Sequence record: DRR723986_618
Direction: 5' to 3' (one strand)
Length of the DNA stretch: 64,000 nucleotides
Under the pieces are notes generated by a model. The model was not told the DNA's origin. It made no database searches and saw only the letters and a program-made list of their open reading frames with translations. Positions 9,793-20,886 of the stretch are shown here, one piece after another. The position numbers and the translations under genes are program-made. Position 1 is the stretch's first letter. Each line of letters opens with the position of its first letter.

Positions 9793-10341
9793 TTACTTAA
9801 CTTGCTGCTTAGCCAGTTTTCTCGCCAGTGTGCGGCGATGCATACCGAGGCGGCGTGCGGTCTCAGAGATGTTAAAGTCGGTTTCAGCCAGCGTTTGGTG
9901 GATGCGTTCCCACTCCAGGGTTTTGATGGAGGTCGCACGCCCCGTCACTTTTATATCGGCGTTGCCTTCTGCATTGTTGAAAGCCGCTTCAATGTCATCG
10001 GTATTTGAGGGCTTGGCTAAGTAGTGACAGGCGCCAAGTTTCACCGCCTCAACCGCCGTGGCAATGCTTGCGTAGCCGGTGAGCACCACAATGAGCATAT
10101 CGCTGTCGTGTTTGTGCAGGGCCTGCACACAGGCGAGACCCGAGGCCTCGCCGTCGAGCTTTAAGTCCACCACGGCGTAACCGGGAGAGACCTCTGCCAG
10201 CAGCGCTTCCACCTGTTCCAGGCGGGTGGCGTGATGAACCTTGTAGCCACGGCGCTCAAATGAACGGCGGAGCGTGCGCGCAAACGCCTCGTCGTCTTCG
10301 ACTAGCAACAAGGTTTTCTGATCGTGCTCGGCCTCAGCCAT
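9793..10341 (-). CDS. regA: RegA/PrrA/ActR-family response regulator
   Basis: LLVEDD, VVDLKL, LTGYASIATAVEAVKLGA, WERIHQ..NISETARRLGMHRRTLARKL. Confidence 0.92.
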   Translation of the reverse strand: MAEAEHDQKTLLLVEDDEAFARTLRRSFERRGYKVHHATRLEQVEALLAEVSPGYAVVDLKLDGEASGLACVQALHKHDSDMLIVVLTGYASIATAVEAVKLGACHYLAKPSNTDDIEAAFNNAEGNADIKVTGRATSIKTLEWERIHQTLAETDFNISETARRLGMHRRTLARKLAKQQVK

Positions 10342-10345
10342 TGCA

Positions 10346-11674
10346 TTAATCCTCTTTTAACACCAGCGCATCGAGGGGGAGGCGAAGCATAACCTCCGCA
10401 CCGCCCTCGTCAAGGTTGCGCGCCGCAAATACACCGCCCAACATCCTCGCTACGTTAAACACCAGAAACAGCCCCAATCCGCTACCTGGCCGCCCTTTGG
10501 TGGATTGATAGGGCTGGCCGAGGCGCTGGTAAACTTCCGCAGCAAAACCGGGGCCGTGGTCGCGCACCGCAATAATTAATGTGTCGGCGTCGCGCTGCAC
10601 GGTCAGCGCAATCCATTGCGGCGACGCTTCTAAAGCGTTATCCAGCAGATTACACACGGTTTGCTTGAGCACCGAGTCTGAGGCGATATCGACATCCTCG
10701 CCAAACTGGTTGTCGAAGCGCAACTCTCGGCTATTGCGTGTGCTGCGCCATTCATCGACCAGCTCATCAAAAAACTCACAAACGGTAGTTTCTACCGAGA
10801 CTTCACCGCGCGTTTCGCCCGCCGACATCAGTATCCCGCTAACAATCTCCTTGCAGCGCTTAACCTGGGTTTGCATTTCGCCGATGTCATCACCCAGGTC
10901 AGCGGAATCGCGGAACACCGGCATGTGGCGCCAGTCGCCCAAAATAACGTCGATGGTCGCCAGCGGCGTTCCCAACTCGTGGGCTGCGCCGGAGGCGAGC
11001 AAACCCATTCGCAGAATATGCTCTTCCTCGGCGGCCCGCTGCCGCAAGTCGGCCAAGCGGGCGTCGTGTTCTCTATGAGTACGGGTAATACGGTTAACAA
11101 AGATCACCAGCAAGGCTGCCGTCAGTACCACACAGATAAACATGCCCTGCACGTAAACACTGTCGACACCGAGGTGGTAGTCCAGTGGTAAGCCAGCCAG
11201 CGGGTGGCCGACTTCCGCCAGCCACAAAAAACACACTGCGGCGACGCCCGCCAGTGTCCAGGCCAGTGGTGCCACCATCAGCACCGCCGCCAACCCCACT
11301 TGCAGTACATAAAGAAAGGCAAAGGGGTTGCTGACACCGCCGCTCAGGTAGAGCTGAGCCGTGAGGGTGAACATGTCGACCAGCAGTCCGACAAATAACT
11401 CGCCGGCGTAGAGCTCGCGACCGAGGCGCAAACTGATTTCGTACACCAGGTTGTAGGCCGCCAGACCCGCCAATACCCCACACATTTTTGCCAGCGGCAG
11501 ATCGACCCCCAAACTAAAATGAGTGACCAATATGGTAAATAGCTGCCCGAGCACCGCCAACCAGCGCAGCTGCACCAGTTGGCGCATATGTTTGCTGAGG
11601 GTTTCATTGTTGCGATAGCTGAGTAGCGACATGGCGGCCAACAGAGCGCCTGCCCTGGCCCGGGGGTGTGACAT
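10346..11674 (-). CDS. regB: RegB/PrrB-family sensor histidine kinase (start may be 11632)
   Basis: LRWLAVLGQ, SGGVSNPF quinone-binding-like motif, AAHELGTPL H-box, NLLDNA, GLGLF. Confidence 0.9.
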   Translation of the reverse strand: MSHPRARAGALLAAMSLLSYRNNETLSKHMRQLVQLRWLAVLGQLFTILVTHFSLGVDLPLAKMCGVLAGLAAYNLVYEISLRLGRELYAGELFVGLLVDMFTLTAQLYLSGGVSNPFAFLYVLQVGLAAVLMVAPLAWTLAGVAAVCFLWLAEVGHPLAGLPLDYHLGVDSVYVQGMFICVVLTAALLVIFVNRITRTHREHDARLADLRQRAAEEEHILRMGLLASGAAHELGTPLATIDVILGDWRHMPVFRDSADLGDDIGEMQTQVKRCKEIVSGILMSAGETRGEVSVETTVCEFFDELVDEWRSTRNSRELRFDNQFGEDVDIASDSVLKQTVCNLLDNALEASPQWIALTVQRDADTLIIAVRDHGPGFAAEVYQRLGQPYQSTKGRPGSGLGLFLVFNVARMLGGVFAARNLDEGGAEVMLRLPLDALVLKED

Positions 11675-11756
11675 TCTAGGTTTTCTCCCACGCGGTGATA
11701 GCGGTCGTTATTATACGTAAGAGACGGCCATCCAGCTCTAGAGCGCGCCGGCCTGC

Positions 11757-12476
11757 TTAGCGGCGGCGCTTCGCCTCTCGATACAGCATAGCAGCCGCAG
11801 CCAAAACCATGGCGGCTAGCGCATACCAGGTCAAGGCGTACACCATGTGAGAGTTGTGAAAGGTGACAACAGTCAGCCCACTGGCCGGGGCATTGGCACC
11901 GGATTCCGCCGTTTTTGCATCGACGAAGTATGGCGCCAGCGGCACGTTCAAGGCGTTTGCCATTGCCTCGACATCCCGCGAATACCAGCGCTGTTGTTCA
12001 GGGAGGTTATCGCGCAGAAATGCGCCCTCCGGCTCAGTGAGCCTGAGCAAGCCAGTCACTTCCTGAGGCCCTTCCGGCGGTAAAGGTGCGCTCACGCCTT
12101 GGTCGATATAGCCGCGATTCACCATCACCGTGCCGGCGTGCTCGGTGCGCAGCGGCGTCATCACCCAGTAGCCGCTGCCCAGTTCCGTGACGGCTTTGGC
12201 GAGCAGTGTCGCATCGCTAAGGTATTCGCCGCGAAGGCGAATGTGGCGGTATTCATCGCGGTCTCGATTGATACCGGGCCAATCTGCAATGCCTGGCGCC
12301 GCTTGCGCAGCGGCGTCCACGCGTGCAGTGACGCGCTCAATCAGCCCAAGCTTCCATACCCGTCGCTCCAGTTGCCAGTTACCCAAGGCCACCAAGCCCG
12401 CCGCCGTTGCCAATGCGACCAGCATGGCAACGGCAAGAAAGAACTGATGGCGGCGCGACGTGGGCGAGGCAGCCAT
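11757..12476 (-). CDS. SURF1 family oxidase assembly protein
   Basis: LGNWQLERRVWK, VNRGY, H..YALTWY. Confidence 0.93.
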   Translation of the reverse strand: MAASPTSRRHQFFLAVAMLVALATAAGLVALGNWQLERRVWKLGLIERVTARVDAAAQAAPGIADWPGINRDRDEYRHIRLRGEYLSDATLLAKAVTELGSGYWVMTPLRTEHAGTVMVNRGYIDQGVSAPLPPEGPQEVTGLLRLTEPEGAFLRDNLPEQQRWYSRDVEAMANALNVPLAPYFVDAKTAESGANAPASGLTVVTFHNSHMVYALTWYALAAMVLAAAAMLYREAKRRR

Positions 12477-12483
12477 AAGCGCC

Positions 12484-12831
12484 TTACATCATCCCCGGCA
12501 TCATGCGGACGTTCATGTTGTACATGACCCACAATGAGCCGAACAAAGTGATGAACAGCAGCACCGCTGTAAATAGTAGCGACAGCATATTCCAGCCGCC
12601 TTCGGACTGAAAATTCATGTGCAGGAAGTACACCATGTGCACCAGAATCTGCACAACGGCGAACCCGAGGATCACCATCGCAGTCGTGCTATTGGAGTCG
12701 AAGACATTGCCCATAACCAGCCAGAACGGAATGGCCGTGAGAAACACCGACGCCAAAAAGCCAATCATATAGCCGCTAAAGGACGCGTGCGGCAGCTCTT
12801 CGTGGTGTTCGTGATCGTGATGATCGCTCAT
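12484..12831 (-). CDS. cyoD: Cytochrome o ubiquinol oxidase subunit IV
   Basis: [36 protein letters not shown] overlap with cyoC. Confidence 0.93.
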   Translation of the reverse strand: MSDHHDHEHHEELPHASFSGYMIGFLASVFLTAIPFWLVMGNVFDSNSTTAMVILGFAVVQILVHMVYFLHMNFQSEGGWNMLSLLFTAVLLFITLFGSLWVMYNMNVRMMPGMM

Positions 12832-13457
12832 GACATAGACCCCATCAGATAGACAAAGGTAAAGACACCGATCCAAATGACATCAAGGAAGTGCCAGAAC
12901 ATCGACAGACAAAATACCCGGCGGCGATTCGTTAAGGTCAGGCCGTGCTTAGACAGCTGCAGCAATAGCGTTACCAACCAAATCACACCAATGGTTACGT
13001 GCAAGCCGTGGGTACCGACCAATGCAAAGAAGGCGGTTAGAAACGCACTGCGCTGTGGGCCCGCTCCCTGATGAATCAGGTGGTAGAACTCATACAGCTC
13101 AACGCTTAAAAACGCCGTGCCCAACACGCCGGTGAGCGCCAGCCAGAGCAGTGTGCCCTGCAGCTTGTTCTGCTGCATTTGCAGCAGCGCAAAGCCGTAG
13201 GTGATCGACGACAGCAACAAGAAGGCGGTGTTGATCGCCACCAGCGGCAGGTCGAACAAGTCGGCACCAGTGGGGCCACCGGCAAAGCTTTGGCTCAGTA
13301 CCCCATAGGTTGCAAACAGTGCCGCAAAGATGAGGCAGTCGCTCATCAGGTACAACCAGAAACCCAGCAGCGTACCGTTAGGCGCGTGGTGATCGCCGCG
13401 CACGAAAAACTCCAGGTCGCCGTTTTTCGTCGCAGCCGTGGCAGTGGGATGTGACAT
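12828..13457 (-). CDS. cyoC: Cytochrome o ubiquinol oxidase subunit III
   Basis: [32 protein letters not shown]. Confidence 0.96.
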   Translation of the reverse strand: MSHPTATAATKNGDLEFFVRGDHHAPNGTLLGFWLYLMSDCLIFAALFATYGVLSQSFAGGPTGADLFDLPLVAINTAFLLLSSITYGFALLQMQQNKLQGTLLWLALTGVLGTAFLSVELYEFYHLIHQGAGPQRSAFLTAFFALVGTHGLHVTIGVIWLVTLLLQLSKHGLTLTNRRRVFCLSMFWHFLDVIWIGVFTFVYLMGSMS

Positions 13458-15451
13458 TAGGCTTTCACCTCACTTGCTTGCGTTTCGATGCGCGCCACCT
13501 CATCAGCGGGGATGTGGTAGTCGCGGTCGTAGTTAAAGGTATGCACGATGGTCGCCAGAATCAGCGCCACCAGCGACAGCGCCGCAGGCAGCCACATGTG
13601 CCAGATCAGGGTAAAGCCCAGCACCGTGCTGATACCGGCAATCACCACACCTGCCGCCGTATTTTTCGGCATATGGATCGGTAAGAAGCCGTCTTGAGGG
13701 CGCTTCACACCGTTGGCCTTCATTTGCCACCAGGCGTCGTTGTCATGCACGCGCGGGGTAAAGGCAAAGTTGTACTGCGGCGGCGGCGACGTGGTCGACC
13801 ACTCCAGAGTACGGCCATCCCAGGGGTCACCGGTTTCGTCGCGCAGTTGGTCGCGCTTGCGGTAGCTGAAATAGAACTGCAGCAAGAAGCAGATAATACC
13901 GATGCCGACTAACACGGCGCCGACCAGCGCGATCTGGAACCAGATCTGCAGCGACGGGTCGTCGAAGTGGCTCATGCGACGCGTTACGCCCATCAGGCCC
14001 AATACGTACAGCGGCATAAAGGCCAGATAGAAACCGATAATCCAGAACCAGAAGGTCATCTTGCCCCAGAAGGGATCCAGCTTGTATCCCGTTACTTTCG
14101 GGTACCAGTAGGCGATAGCCGCAAACACACCGAAGACCACACCACCGATAATCACATTGTGGAAGTGAGCAATCAGGAACAGGCTGTTGTGCAGTACAAA
14201 GTCAGCGGAAGGCACAGCCAACAGTACGCCGGTCATACCGCCGATAACAAAGGTCACCATAAAGCCGACCGTCCACAGCATGGGCACGTCAAACTTGATA
14301 CGACCGCGGTACATGGTAAACAGCCAGTTGAATACCTTGGCACCGGTCGGGATCGAGATGATCATGGTGGTGATGCCGAAGAAGCTATTCACCGTTGCCC
14401 CGCTTCCCATGGTGAAGAAGTGGTGCAGCCATACCAGGTAGGACAGGATGGTAATGACGACTGTCGCGTAGACCATCGACGAATAACCAAACAGACGCTT
14501 GCCGCTGTAGGTCGCCACAATTTCTGAGAACACACCAAACAGTGGCAGGATCAGGATATAGACTTCGGGGTGACCCCAAATCCAGATCAGGTTCACGTAC
14601 ATCATGGCGTTACCGCCAAGGTCGTTGGTGAAGAAGTTAGTGTCGAGATAGCGATCCATAGACAGCATCGCCAGCACCGCAGTCAGCACGGGGAAAGCCG
14701 CCACGATCAGGACGTTAGTACAAAGCGCTGTCCAGGTGAATACCGGCATCTTCATCATCGACATGCCCGGCGCCCGCATCTTCACGATAGTAACCACGAA
14801 GTTGACGCCCGACAGCAGTGTACCGACCCCGGCAATCTGCAGGGCCCAAATATAGTAGTCCACCCCCACGCCCGGACTTTGCAGTATCCCGGTCAATGGC
14901 GGGTAGGCCAGCCAGCCCGATTTCGCGAACTCACCCACGAACAGTGACATCATCACCAGAATCGCGCCCGAGGCCGTCATCCAGAAGCTGAAGTTGTTAA
15001 GGAAGGGGAAGGCGACATCGCGTGCACCGATTTGCAGCGGCACGATGTAGTTCATAATGCCGACCACAAAGGGCATGGCCACGAAGAAGATCATAATCAC
15101 GCCGTGGGCGGTGAAGATCTGGTCGTAGTGATCCGGCGGCAGGTAGCCCATGGAATCACCAAACGCGATGGCCTGCTGGATACGCATCATGATCGCGTCG
15201 GCAAAGCCGCGCAGCATCATCACAATACCCAGAATCATATACATCACACCGATGCGTTTATGATCGATACTGGTAAACCATTCGGTCCACAAGTAGCCCC
15301 ACAGTTTGGCGCGAGTAACCGCAACCAGCAGGGCAACACCACCAATCGCTACCATGGCGAAAGTCGCCACAATAATTGGGTCGTGGTAAGGAATGGCCTC
15401 CAGACTGAGTCGGCCAAAAATCATTTTACCTAGGTCGAACGTGTCAGACAT
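13457..15451 (-). CDS. cyoB: Cytochrome o ubiquinol oxidase subunit I
   Basis: DHKRIG, WGHPEVY, WLHHFF, AHFH heme-copper ligands; RGFAD quinol-site motif. Confidence 0.97.
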   Translation of the reverse strand: MSDTFDLGKMIFGRLSLEAIPYHDPIIVATFAMVAIGGVALLVAVTRAKLWGYLWTEWFTSIDHKRIGVMYMILGIVMMLRGFADAIMMRIQQAIAFGDSMGYLPPDHYDQIFTAHGVIMIFFVAMPFVVGIMNYIVPLQIGARDVAFPFLNNFSFWMTASGAILVMMSLFVGEFAKSGWLAYPPLTGILQSPGVGVDYYIWALQIAGVGTLLSGVNFVVTIVKMRAPGMSMMKMPVFTWTALCTNVLIVAAFPVLTAVLAMLSMDRYLDTNFFTNDLGGNAMMYVNLIWIWGHPEVYILILPLFGVFSEIVATYSGKRLFGYSSMVYATVVITILSYLVWLHHFFTMGSGATVNSFFGITTMIISIPTGAKVFNWLFTMYRGRIKFDVPMLWTVGFMVTFVIGGMTGVLLAVPSADFVLHNSLFLIAHFHNVIIGGVVFGVFAAIAYWYPKVTGYKLDPFWGKMTFWFWIIGFYLAFMPLYVLGLMGVTRRMSHFDDPSLQIWFQIALVGAVLVGIGIICFLLQFYFSYRKRDQLRDETGDPWDGRTLEWSTTSPPPQYNFAFTPRVHDNDAWWQMKANGVKRPQDGFLPIHMPKNTAAGVVIAGISTVLGFTLIWHMWLPAALSLVALILATIVHTFNYDRDYHIPADEVARIETQASEVKA

Positions 15452-15526
15452 GGGAATTACCGGCGCCCCAGGCGCTGTTCGGGTGAATGGAAGGGCTGCA
15501 CTGCAACCCGCTCAAAATGTGAGGCA

Positions 15527-16480
15527 TCAATGCGCATGGTGATCTGCCTCGTGTTGACTGTGATCCTGATGACCACTGTGGCCGCCCATCATGTCCTTCA
15601 TGCACAGTGTGCCGGGATCAACGCAGCGGTTAAGAATGGCGTCGTAGAGGCCGGGCATCACCGTGCTGAAGTAGCGAACCGGGTCATACTGACTGGGTTT
15701 CTCCAGCTCTTTGTACGCGGTACGGCTCAACTCGGTGCCCTCGTTTTTAAGGGTGTCCAGCCACTGAGCAAAGCCTTCATCGGTCTTGCCGTGGAATTTA
15801 AAGCGCATACCGTTAAAGCCGGCACCGGAGTAGTTAGCAGAGAAACCGTCGTAGACGCCTTCCTCATTAATGACCGCGTGCAACTGAGTTTCCATGCCAC
15901 CCATGGCGTAGATCTGGCCCGCCAGGGCCGGGATGAAAAACGAGTTCATCATCGTTGTTGCGGTGATCTTAAATTTGATCGGACGATCCAGCGGTGCCGC
16001 CAGCTCGTTAACCGCCGCCACATCGTACTCGGGGTAGAAGAACAACCACTTCCAATCCATCGCGACCACTTCCACGATCAGCGGCTCCACACCGGCCGGG
16101 ACCGGCTTGCCTTCATCCACGCGATCGAGCGGGCGGTAAGGGTCGAGTTGGTGAGTACTCACCCAGGTCATCGCGCCCAGGGCAATAATGATTGCCAGCG
16201 GCGCCGCCCAGATCACTAACTCCAAATGCGTTGAGTGATCCCAGTCGGGCTGGTATGTTGCTTTTTTGTTCGACGCGCGATAGCGCCAAGCAAACAGCAG
16301 TGTCAGTGCAATGACGGGCACAACGATAATTAACATAAGTACCGTTGCCCAAATAATCAGGTCAGCCTGCTGAGCGGCGATATCGCCCGAGGGCGACATA
16401 ACAACCCAGTCGCAGCCACTGATCATTGCGACGCCCGCCGTCGCAGCTAATGATTTGATAAGGGTTTTGAACACTGTCAT
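15527..16480 (-). CDS. cyoA: Cytochrome o ubiquinol oxidase subunit II
   Basis: Lipobox ISGC, DWKWLFFYP, MNSFFIPALAGQIYAM, SANYSGAGF (no CuA ligands); His-rich tail. Confidence 0.95.
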   Translation of the reverse strand: MTVFKTLIKSLAATAGVAMISGCDWVVMSPSGDIAAQQADLIIWATVLMLIIVVPVIALTLLFAWRYRASNKKATYQPDWDHSTHLELVIWAAPLAIIIALGAMTWVSTHQLDPYRPLDRVDEGKPVPAGVEPLIVEVVAMDWKWLFFYPEYDVAAVNELAAPLDRPIKFKITATTMMNSFFIPALAGQIYAMGGMETQLHAVINEEGVYDGFSANYSGAGFNGMRFKFHGKTDEGFAQWLDTLKNEGTELSRTAYKELEKPSQYDPVRYFSTVMPGLYDAILNRCVDPGTLCMKDMMGGHSGHQDHSQHEADHHAH

Positions 16481-16548
16481 CGCTACACGCTTGTCCAGTT
16501 ATTGCATTGGGTTGTGGACTGTACGTGAACGAATAGGGAGTGAGAATT

Positions 16549-16561
16549 GGACAATTTGTCC
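16549..16561. promoter_or_regulatory. Palindrome GGACA-ATT-TGTCC in divergent cyoA/MFS promoter, candidate RegA-type site
   Basis: Perfect 5-3-5 inverted repeat; resembles RegA/PrrA-family xGACA-N3-TGTCx sites; cognate regulator in same operon. Confidence 0.5.
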
Positions 16562-16635
16562 TATGTTCGCTTTCAAACAAAGCCGTTAGGCTTCGTGTCA
16601 CTCAGAGTACTACGGGCGGAAAACACCTTCTGACT

Positions 16636-17949
16636 ATGGCAAATTTAACAGCAAATACCTCAACAGCTGAGGACATGAAAACCCCAGCGGGACACTCTCC
16701 AGTCGCCCCCAGCGAGATAGCAGTGGGCGTCATTATTGGCAGAGCTTCCGAGCATTTTGACTTCTTCGTGTTCGGTATCGCCTGCGTGCTGGTCTTCCCG
16801 CATGTCTTCTTTCCTTTTACTGACTCGCTAAATGGCATGCTCTATGGCTTTGCCATTTTCGCTATGGCCTTCGTTGCTCGCCCCTTCGGCACCGCACTAT
16901 TCATGGCCATTCAGCGCCGCTGGGGCCGAAGCGTTAAGCTAACCGTATCGCTCTTCCTGTTGGGAACCGCGACGGCGGGCATCGCCTTTTTGCCAAGCTA
17001 CGCCAGCCTGGGTGGCAGCGCCATCTTCCTGCTTGCCGTGTTTCGAATCTTACAGGGCTTTGCGTTAGGCGGCTCATGGGACGGCCTACCATCGCTGCTC
17101 GCATTGAATGCGCCCCCGGCTAAGCGCAACTGGTATACCATGTTCGGCCAGCTGGGTGCGCCTATCGGCTTCCTGCTTGCCAATGCATTGTTCTTGTACC
17201 TAACACTCAGCGTAAGCCAGGAAGATTTCCAAAACTGGGCGTGGCGCTACCCCTTCTTTGTCGCCTTCGCAATTAACGTTGTCGCCCTGTTCGCACGACT
17301 GCGCCTGGTGCTCACCGAAGAGTACACACTGGCGATGGAAGAGAAAGAACTGGAGCCGGTCAGCACCAAGAAAATGCTCGATGAAGAAGGCCCAACGATC
17401 TTCCTCGGCGCCTTCGCCGCACTGGCCAGCTATGCCCTGTTCCACATTGTGACGATTTTCCCGCTGTCGTGGATCTCGCTGCAGAACTCTCAGGTCATCA
17501 CCAATGTGCTGACCGTGCAAATCTTCGGTGGTGTGATCGGCGTTGTCGCAACCCTCGCCTCGGGCCTGATTGCCAGCCGCCTCGGTAAGCGAGCGCTGGT
17601 TGCCTCAATGGCGGTGCTGATCGCTGCCTTCGCCGCCTTTGCCCCCGCACTACTCGGCGGCTCGGCGGGTGCGCAAAACGCCTTCATCCTGATCGGCTTT
17701 GCGCTGCTCGGTTTGTCATACGGCCAATCGTCGGGAACCGTTACCGACAACTTTGCCCCGCGCTTCCGCTATGCCGGTGCGGCACTGACTTCTGACTTCG
17801 CCTGGTTGTTCGGCGCAGCCTTTGCCCCGCTGATCGCCCTGGGGCTGTCTGTGCACTTCGGTTTGACCGCCGTGTCGGGCTACCTGCTCTCCGGTGCGCT
17901 AAGCACCCTGCTGGCACTTTATATCCTGCGCCGCCTCGCGGCGAAGTAA
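16636..17949 (+). CDS. MFS transporter, metabolite:H+ symporter family
   Basis: EHFDFFVF, AFVARPFG, RILQGFALGG, WRYPFF; ~12 TM. Confidence 0.9.
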   Translation: MANLTANTSTAEDMKTPAGHSPVAPSEIAVGVIIGRASEHFDFFVFGIACVLVFPHVFFPFTDSLNGMLYGFAIFAMAFVARPFGTALFMAIQRRWGRSVKLTVSLFLLGTATAGIAFLPSYASLGGSAIFLLAVFRILQGFALGGSWDGLPSLLALNAPPAKRNWYTMFGQLGAPIGFLLANALFLYLTLSVSQEDFQNWAWRYPFFVAFAINVVALFARLRLVLTEEYTLAMEEKELEPVSTKKMLDEEGPTIFLGAFAALASYALFHIVTIFPLSWISLQNSQVITNVLTVQIFGGVIGVVATLASGLIASRLGKRALVASMAVLIAAFAAFAPALLGGSAGAQNAFILIGFALLGLSYGQSSGTVTDNFAPRFRYAGAALTSDFAWLFGAAFAPLIALGLSVHFGLTAVSGYLLSGALSTLLALYILRRLAAK

Positions 17950-17971
17950 GCCAGCTCCCTTTTAGGCTCTC

Positions 17972-18004
17972 GCCCCACTCCCCCGGGGTGGGGGCCTTGT
18001 TTTC
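17972..18004 (+). terminator. Probable intrinsic terminator after MFS gene
   Basis: GC hairpin GCCCCACTC...GGGGTGGGG followed by TTGTTTT. Confidence 0.55.
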
Positions 18005-18076
18005 CCGCCACCTTCTCGCAAATCCAAAGCCTTCCCGACACCCTATAAGTTCTAGAGATCACTACTGGGGTTAGGC

Positions 18077-19396
18077 ATGCGCCGAGGACTATTTTTATTC
18101 AGTAACGACCTTCGCCTGCACGACAATGCAGCGCTGCGGCGCATTGCCAGTCAAGTGGACGAGTTGTTACTCGTATATTGCCTGGATCCGGAGTTATTCC
18201 GGCCTCGGTTCTGTCAGACCCCGGCTCTGGGTAGCCACCGTCTGAAATTTATCCAGGAGAGTCTGCGCGACCTACAGGCGCAGCTGGCCTCAATGGGCCA
18301 GCGACTTACCATTGTCGAGGCGGCGGCAGGGCGCACGATTCCGGCGCTGGTCGAGCGCTACGACGTTGCAGTCATCGCGCAGGCTCAGGCCATCGGGCTG
18401 GATGAGCGCCGACAGTGGCAAGCCTTGCAACAACAGCTCCCCGACTGCCGTTTTATCGAGGCCAATAATCACTGTTTGTTTGAAGTCGACGAGCTGCCGT
18501 TTTCCCTGGGCGGCCTGCCCGAAAGCTTTTCAAAATTTCGCCGCAAACTCGGCGACCAGCTTCCCAGCCCTGCACTCGCCGCGCCCGCTTCGCTTCCGCC
18601 GCCACCTGCCGGTTGGCGCACCGAGAGCCACGCAGGTTACAGCGCCGCTGGCGAGCAACGGTTTATTGGTGGTGAAACGGCCGCCATCGCTCACTTGAAA
18701 AACTATTTTTCAACAGCGCTTCCCACCCAGTACAAAGCAACACGCAATGCACTGTGGGGGTGGGAGACCTCGACCAAGTTTTCTGCCTGGCTGGCAAACG
18801 GCTGCCTGTCGCCCAGGCGACTGCTCGATACGCTAATCGACTACGAGCAAAGCGTGCAGCGCAATGGCTCCACCGAGTGGATTTACGTTGAGTTGCTTTG
18901 GCGGGAGTACTTCCAGTTCTATGCCCTGCGCCACGGCGCAGACCTGTTTTCATTTTCAGGCATTAAGCACCAAAAACCGCTAACGAGCTTTTACCCACAA
19001 CGCTTTCGCCAGTGGTGCGAGGGCACAACGCCCTACCCCATCGTTAATGCGTGTATACGCGAGCTAAATGCCAGCGGCTATATGAGTAACCGAGGGCGGC
19101 AGATCGTCGCGAGTTGCTTCGTCCATGAGATGGGGCTGGACTGGCGCTACGGCGCGGCCTATTTTCAGCGCCAGCTTATCGATTACGACGTCGCCAGCAA
19201 TTGGGGGAATTGGCAGTATCTGGCAGGTGTTGGCGCTGATCCGCGCGGACACCGACACTTTGACCTGAATAAGCAAACCGAACAGTTCGACCCCGATGGT
19301 GAATTCCGCCGTCACTGGCTCGGCGAGGACGCCACCGCCGTCGAGCTCGACCATATCGATATCGTTGACTGGCCCATCCTGAGAGAGGGGCAATGA
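18077..19396 (+). CDS. DASH-family cryptochrome/photolyase
   Basis: [56 protein letters not shown]. Confidence 0.92.
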   Translation: MRRGLFLFSNDLRLHDNAALRRIASQVDELLLVYCLDPELFRPRFCQTPALGSHRLKFIQESLRDLQAQLASMGQRLTIVEAAAGRTIPALVERYDVAVIAQAQAIGLDERRQWQALQQQLPDCRFIEANNHCLFEVDELPFSLGGLPESFSKFRRKLGDQLPSPALAAPASLPPPPAGWRTESHAGYSAAGEQRFIGGETAAIAHLKNYFSTALPTQYKATRNALWGWETSTKFSAWLANGCLSPRRLLDTLIDYEQSVQRNGSTEWIYVELLWREYFQFYALRHGADLFSFSGIKHQKPLTSFYPQRFRQWCEGTTPYPIVNACIRELNASGYMSNRGRQIVASCFVHEMGLDWRYGAAYFQRQLIDYDVASNWGNWQYLAGVGADPRGHRHFDLNKQTEQFDPDGEFRRHWLGEDATAVELDHIDIVDWPILREGQ

Positions 19397-20886
19397 GCCG
19401 CGCCATTCAACTGGTGTGGTTAAAGCGCGACCTTCGCCTCAGCGACCACGCCCCCCTTGCCAACGCCTGCGCGGCGGGCGGGCCGGTACTACTTCTATAC
19501 ATTTTCGAACCGGAATTACTGGCCGACCCCCACTACGATGAGCGTCACTGGCGCTTTGTGTGGCAGTCGCTGGAAGCCATGCAAACCGCGCTGAAACCCT
19601 TTGGCGGGCACGTTCAGGTATTGCACGGCGAGGCACTGGCAATTTTTTCCGCTCTGCAGCAGCGCCTTACCATCGACACCGTTTTCAGCCACCAGGAAAT
19701 CGGGCTGGCCTCCACGTTTGCTCGCGACCGCCGACTTTCCGCGTTCTTCACCGCATCAAACATACACTGGCAGCAAAGCCCTAGCGGCGCCGTTCAGCGC
19801 GGCGCAACGCATCGGCACGGTTGGGACAGTCGATGGCAGAAAGTCATGCGCGCCTCACCGGCCGCGCCGTCACTGAGTAGCACCACATTTGCAGAACCTC
19901 TGCAGCTAAACGGCTTTGACATGCAGCCACCGGCAGGCTGGACAAGCCCAAATGTCGCCTTTCAGCAGGGCGGCGCTGATGCCGCCTGGCAAACCCTGCA
20001 CAGCTTCTTTGAGCAACGTGGCAAGGACTACTACCGCTCACTGTCCAGCCCTGAGCTGAGTCGCGCCGCCTGTTCCCGTCTGTCGCCATACTTGGCGTGG
20101 GGCTGCATTAGCCTGCGCGAGGTCTATCAATATTTACTCGCGCGCTGGCGCACGCCTGGCTGGTCTCGCAGCCATGTCGCCTTTTCCTCACGGCTTCACT
20201 GGCACTGCCACTTTATGCAGAAATTTGAAAGTGAATGTGAAATGGAGACGCGGCCACTCAATCGCGCCTATGAGGCGTTTCCGTGGCGGGAGGGGGAAGA
20301 CGCGGAGCGCGACCTCATCGCCTGGCAAATGGGTAAGACCGGCTATCCTCTAGTGGATGCCTGTATGCGCTGCCTGCAGGCCACCGGTTACATCAACTTT
20401 CGGATGCGCGCTATGTTAGTGAGCTTTCTCTGCCACCACCTACGGATCAACTGGACGCGGGGTAGCCAGCACTTAGCGTCACTATTTCTGGATTTTGAGC
20501 CCGGCATTCACTACCCACAAATGCAAATGCAAGCCGGCGTTACCGGGATCAATACGCTGCGTATCTACAACCCTGTTAAACAATCCCAGGAGCACGACCC
20601 CGAGGGAACCTTTATTCGCCAGTGGTTGCCAGAGCTGGCAAACCTGCCCAGTCCCGTCATCCATCAACCGTGGCATATTCCACCGCTGGAGGCGGCCATG
20701 TATAACTTCACACCGGGCAAGGATTACCCGCTACCCATCGTCGATATTAGCGTCAGCGGGAAAACAGCACGAAGCGTGTTCTGGCAGTGGCGCGCCCGCC
20801 CCGATGTTAAGCAAGAAGCCCAGCGCATCTTGGCCACGCATGTGCGCCCCAAACTCAACACCACCCCGACGAAGCGAGCCGGATAA
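19393..20886 (+). CDS. Photolyase/cryptochrome family FAD-binding protein
   Basis: [58 protein letters not shown]. Confidence 0.9.
   Translation: MSRAIQLVWLKRDLRLSDHAPLANACAAGGPVLLLYIFEPELLADPHYDERHWRFVWQSLEAMQTALKPFGGHVQVLHGEALAIFSALQQRLTIDTVFSHQEIGLASTFARDRRLSAFFTASNIHWQQSPSGAVQRGATHRHGWDSRWQKVMRASPAAPSLSSTTFAEPLQLNGFDMQPPAGWTSPNVAFQQGGADAAWQTLHSFFEQRGKDYYRSLSSPELSRAACSRLSPYLAWGCISLREVYQYLLARWRTPGWSRSHVAFSSRLHWHCHFMQKFESECEMETRPLNRAYEAFPWREGEDAERDLIAWQMGKTGYPLVDACMRCLQATGYINFRMRAMLVSFLCHHLRINWTRGSQHLASLFLDFEPGIHYPQMQMQAGVTGINTLRIYNPVKQSQEHDPEGTFIRQWLPELANLPSPVIHQPWHIPPLEAAMYNFTPGKDYPLPIVDISVSGKTARSVFWQWRARPDVKQEAQRILATHVRPKLNTTPTKRAG

Noticed and set aside
13967-16219. Long plus-strand ORFs opposite cyoB/cyoA
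   Set aside because: Antisense frames produced by codon bias; no protein-like features
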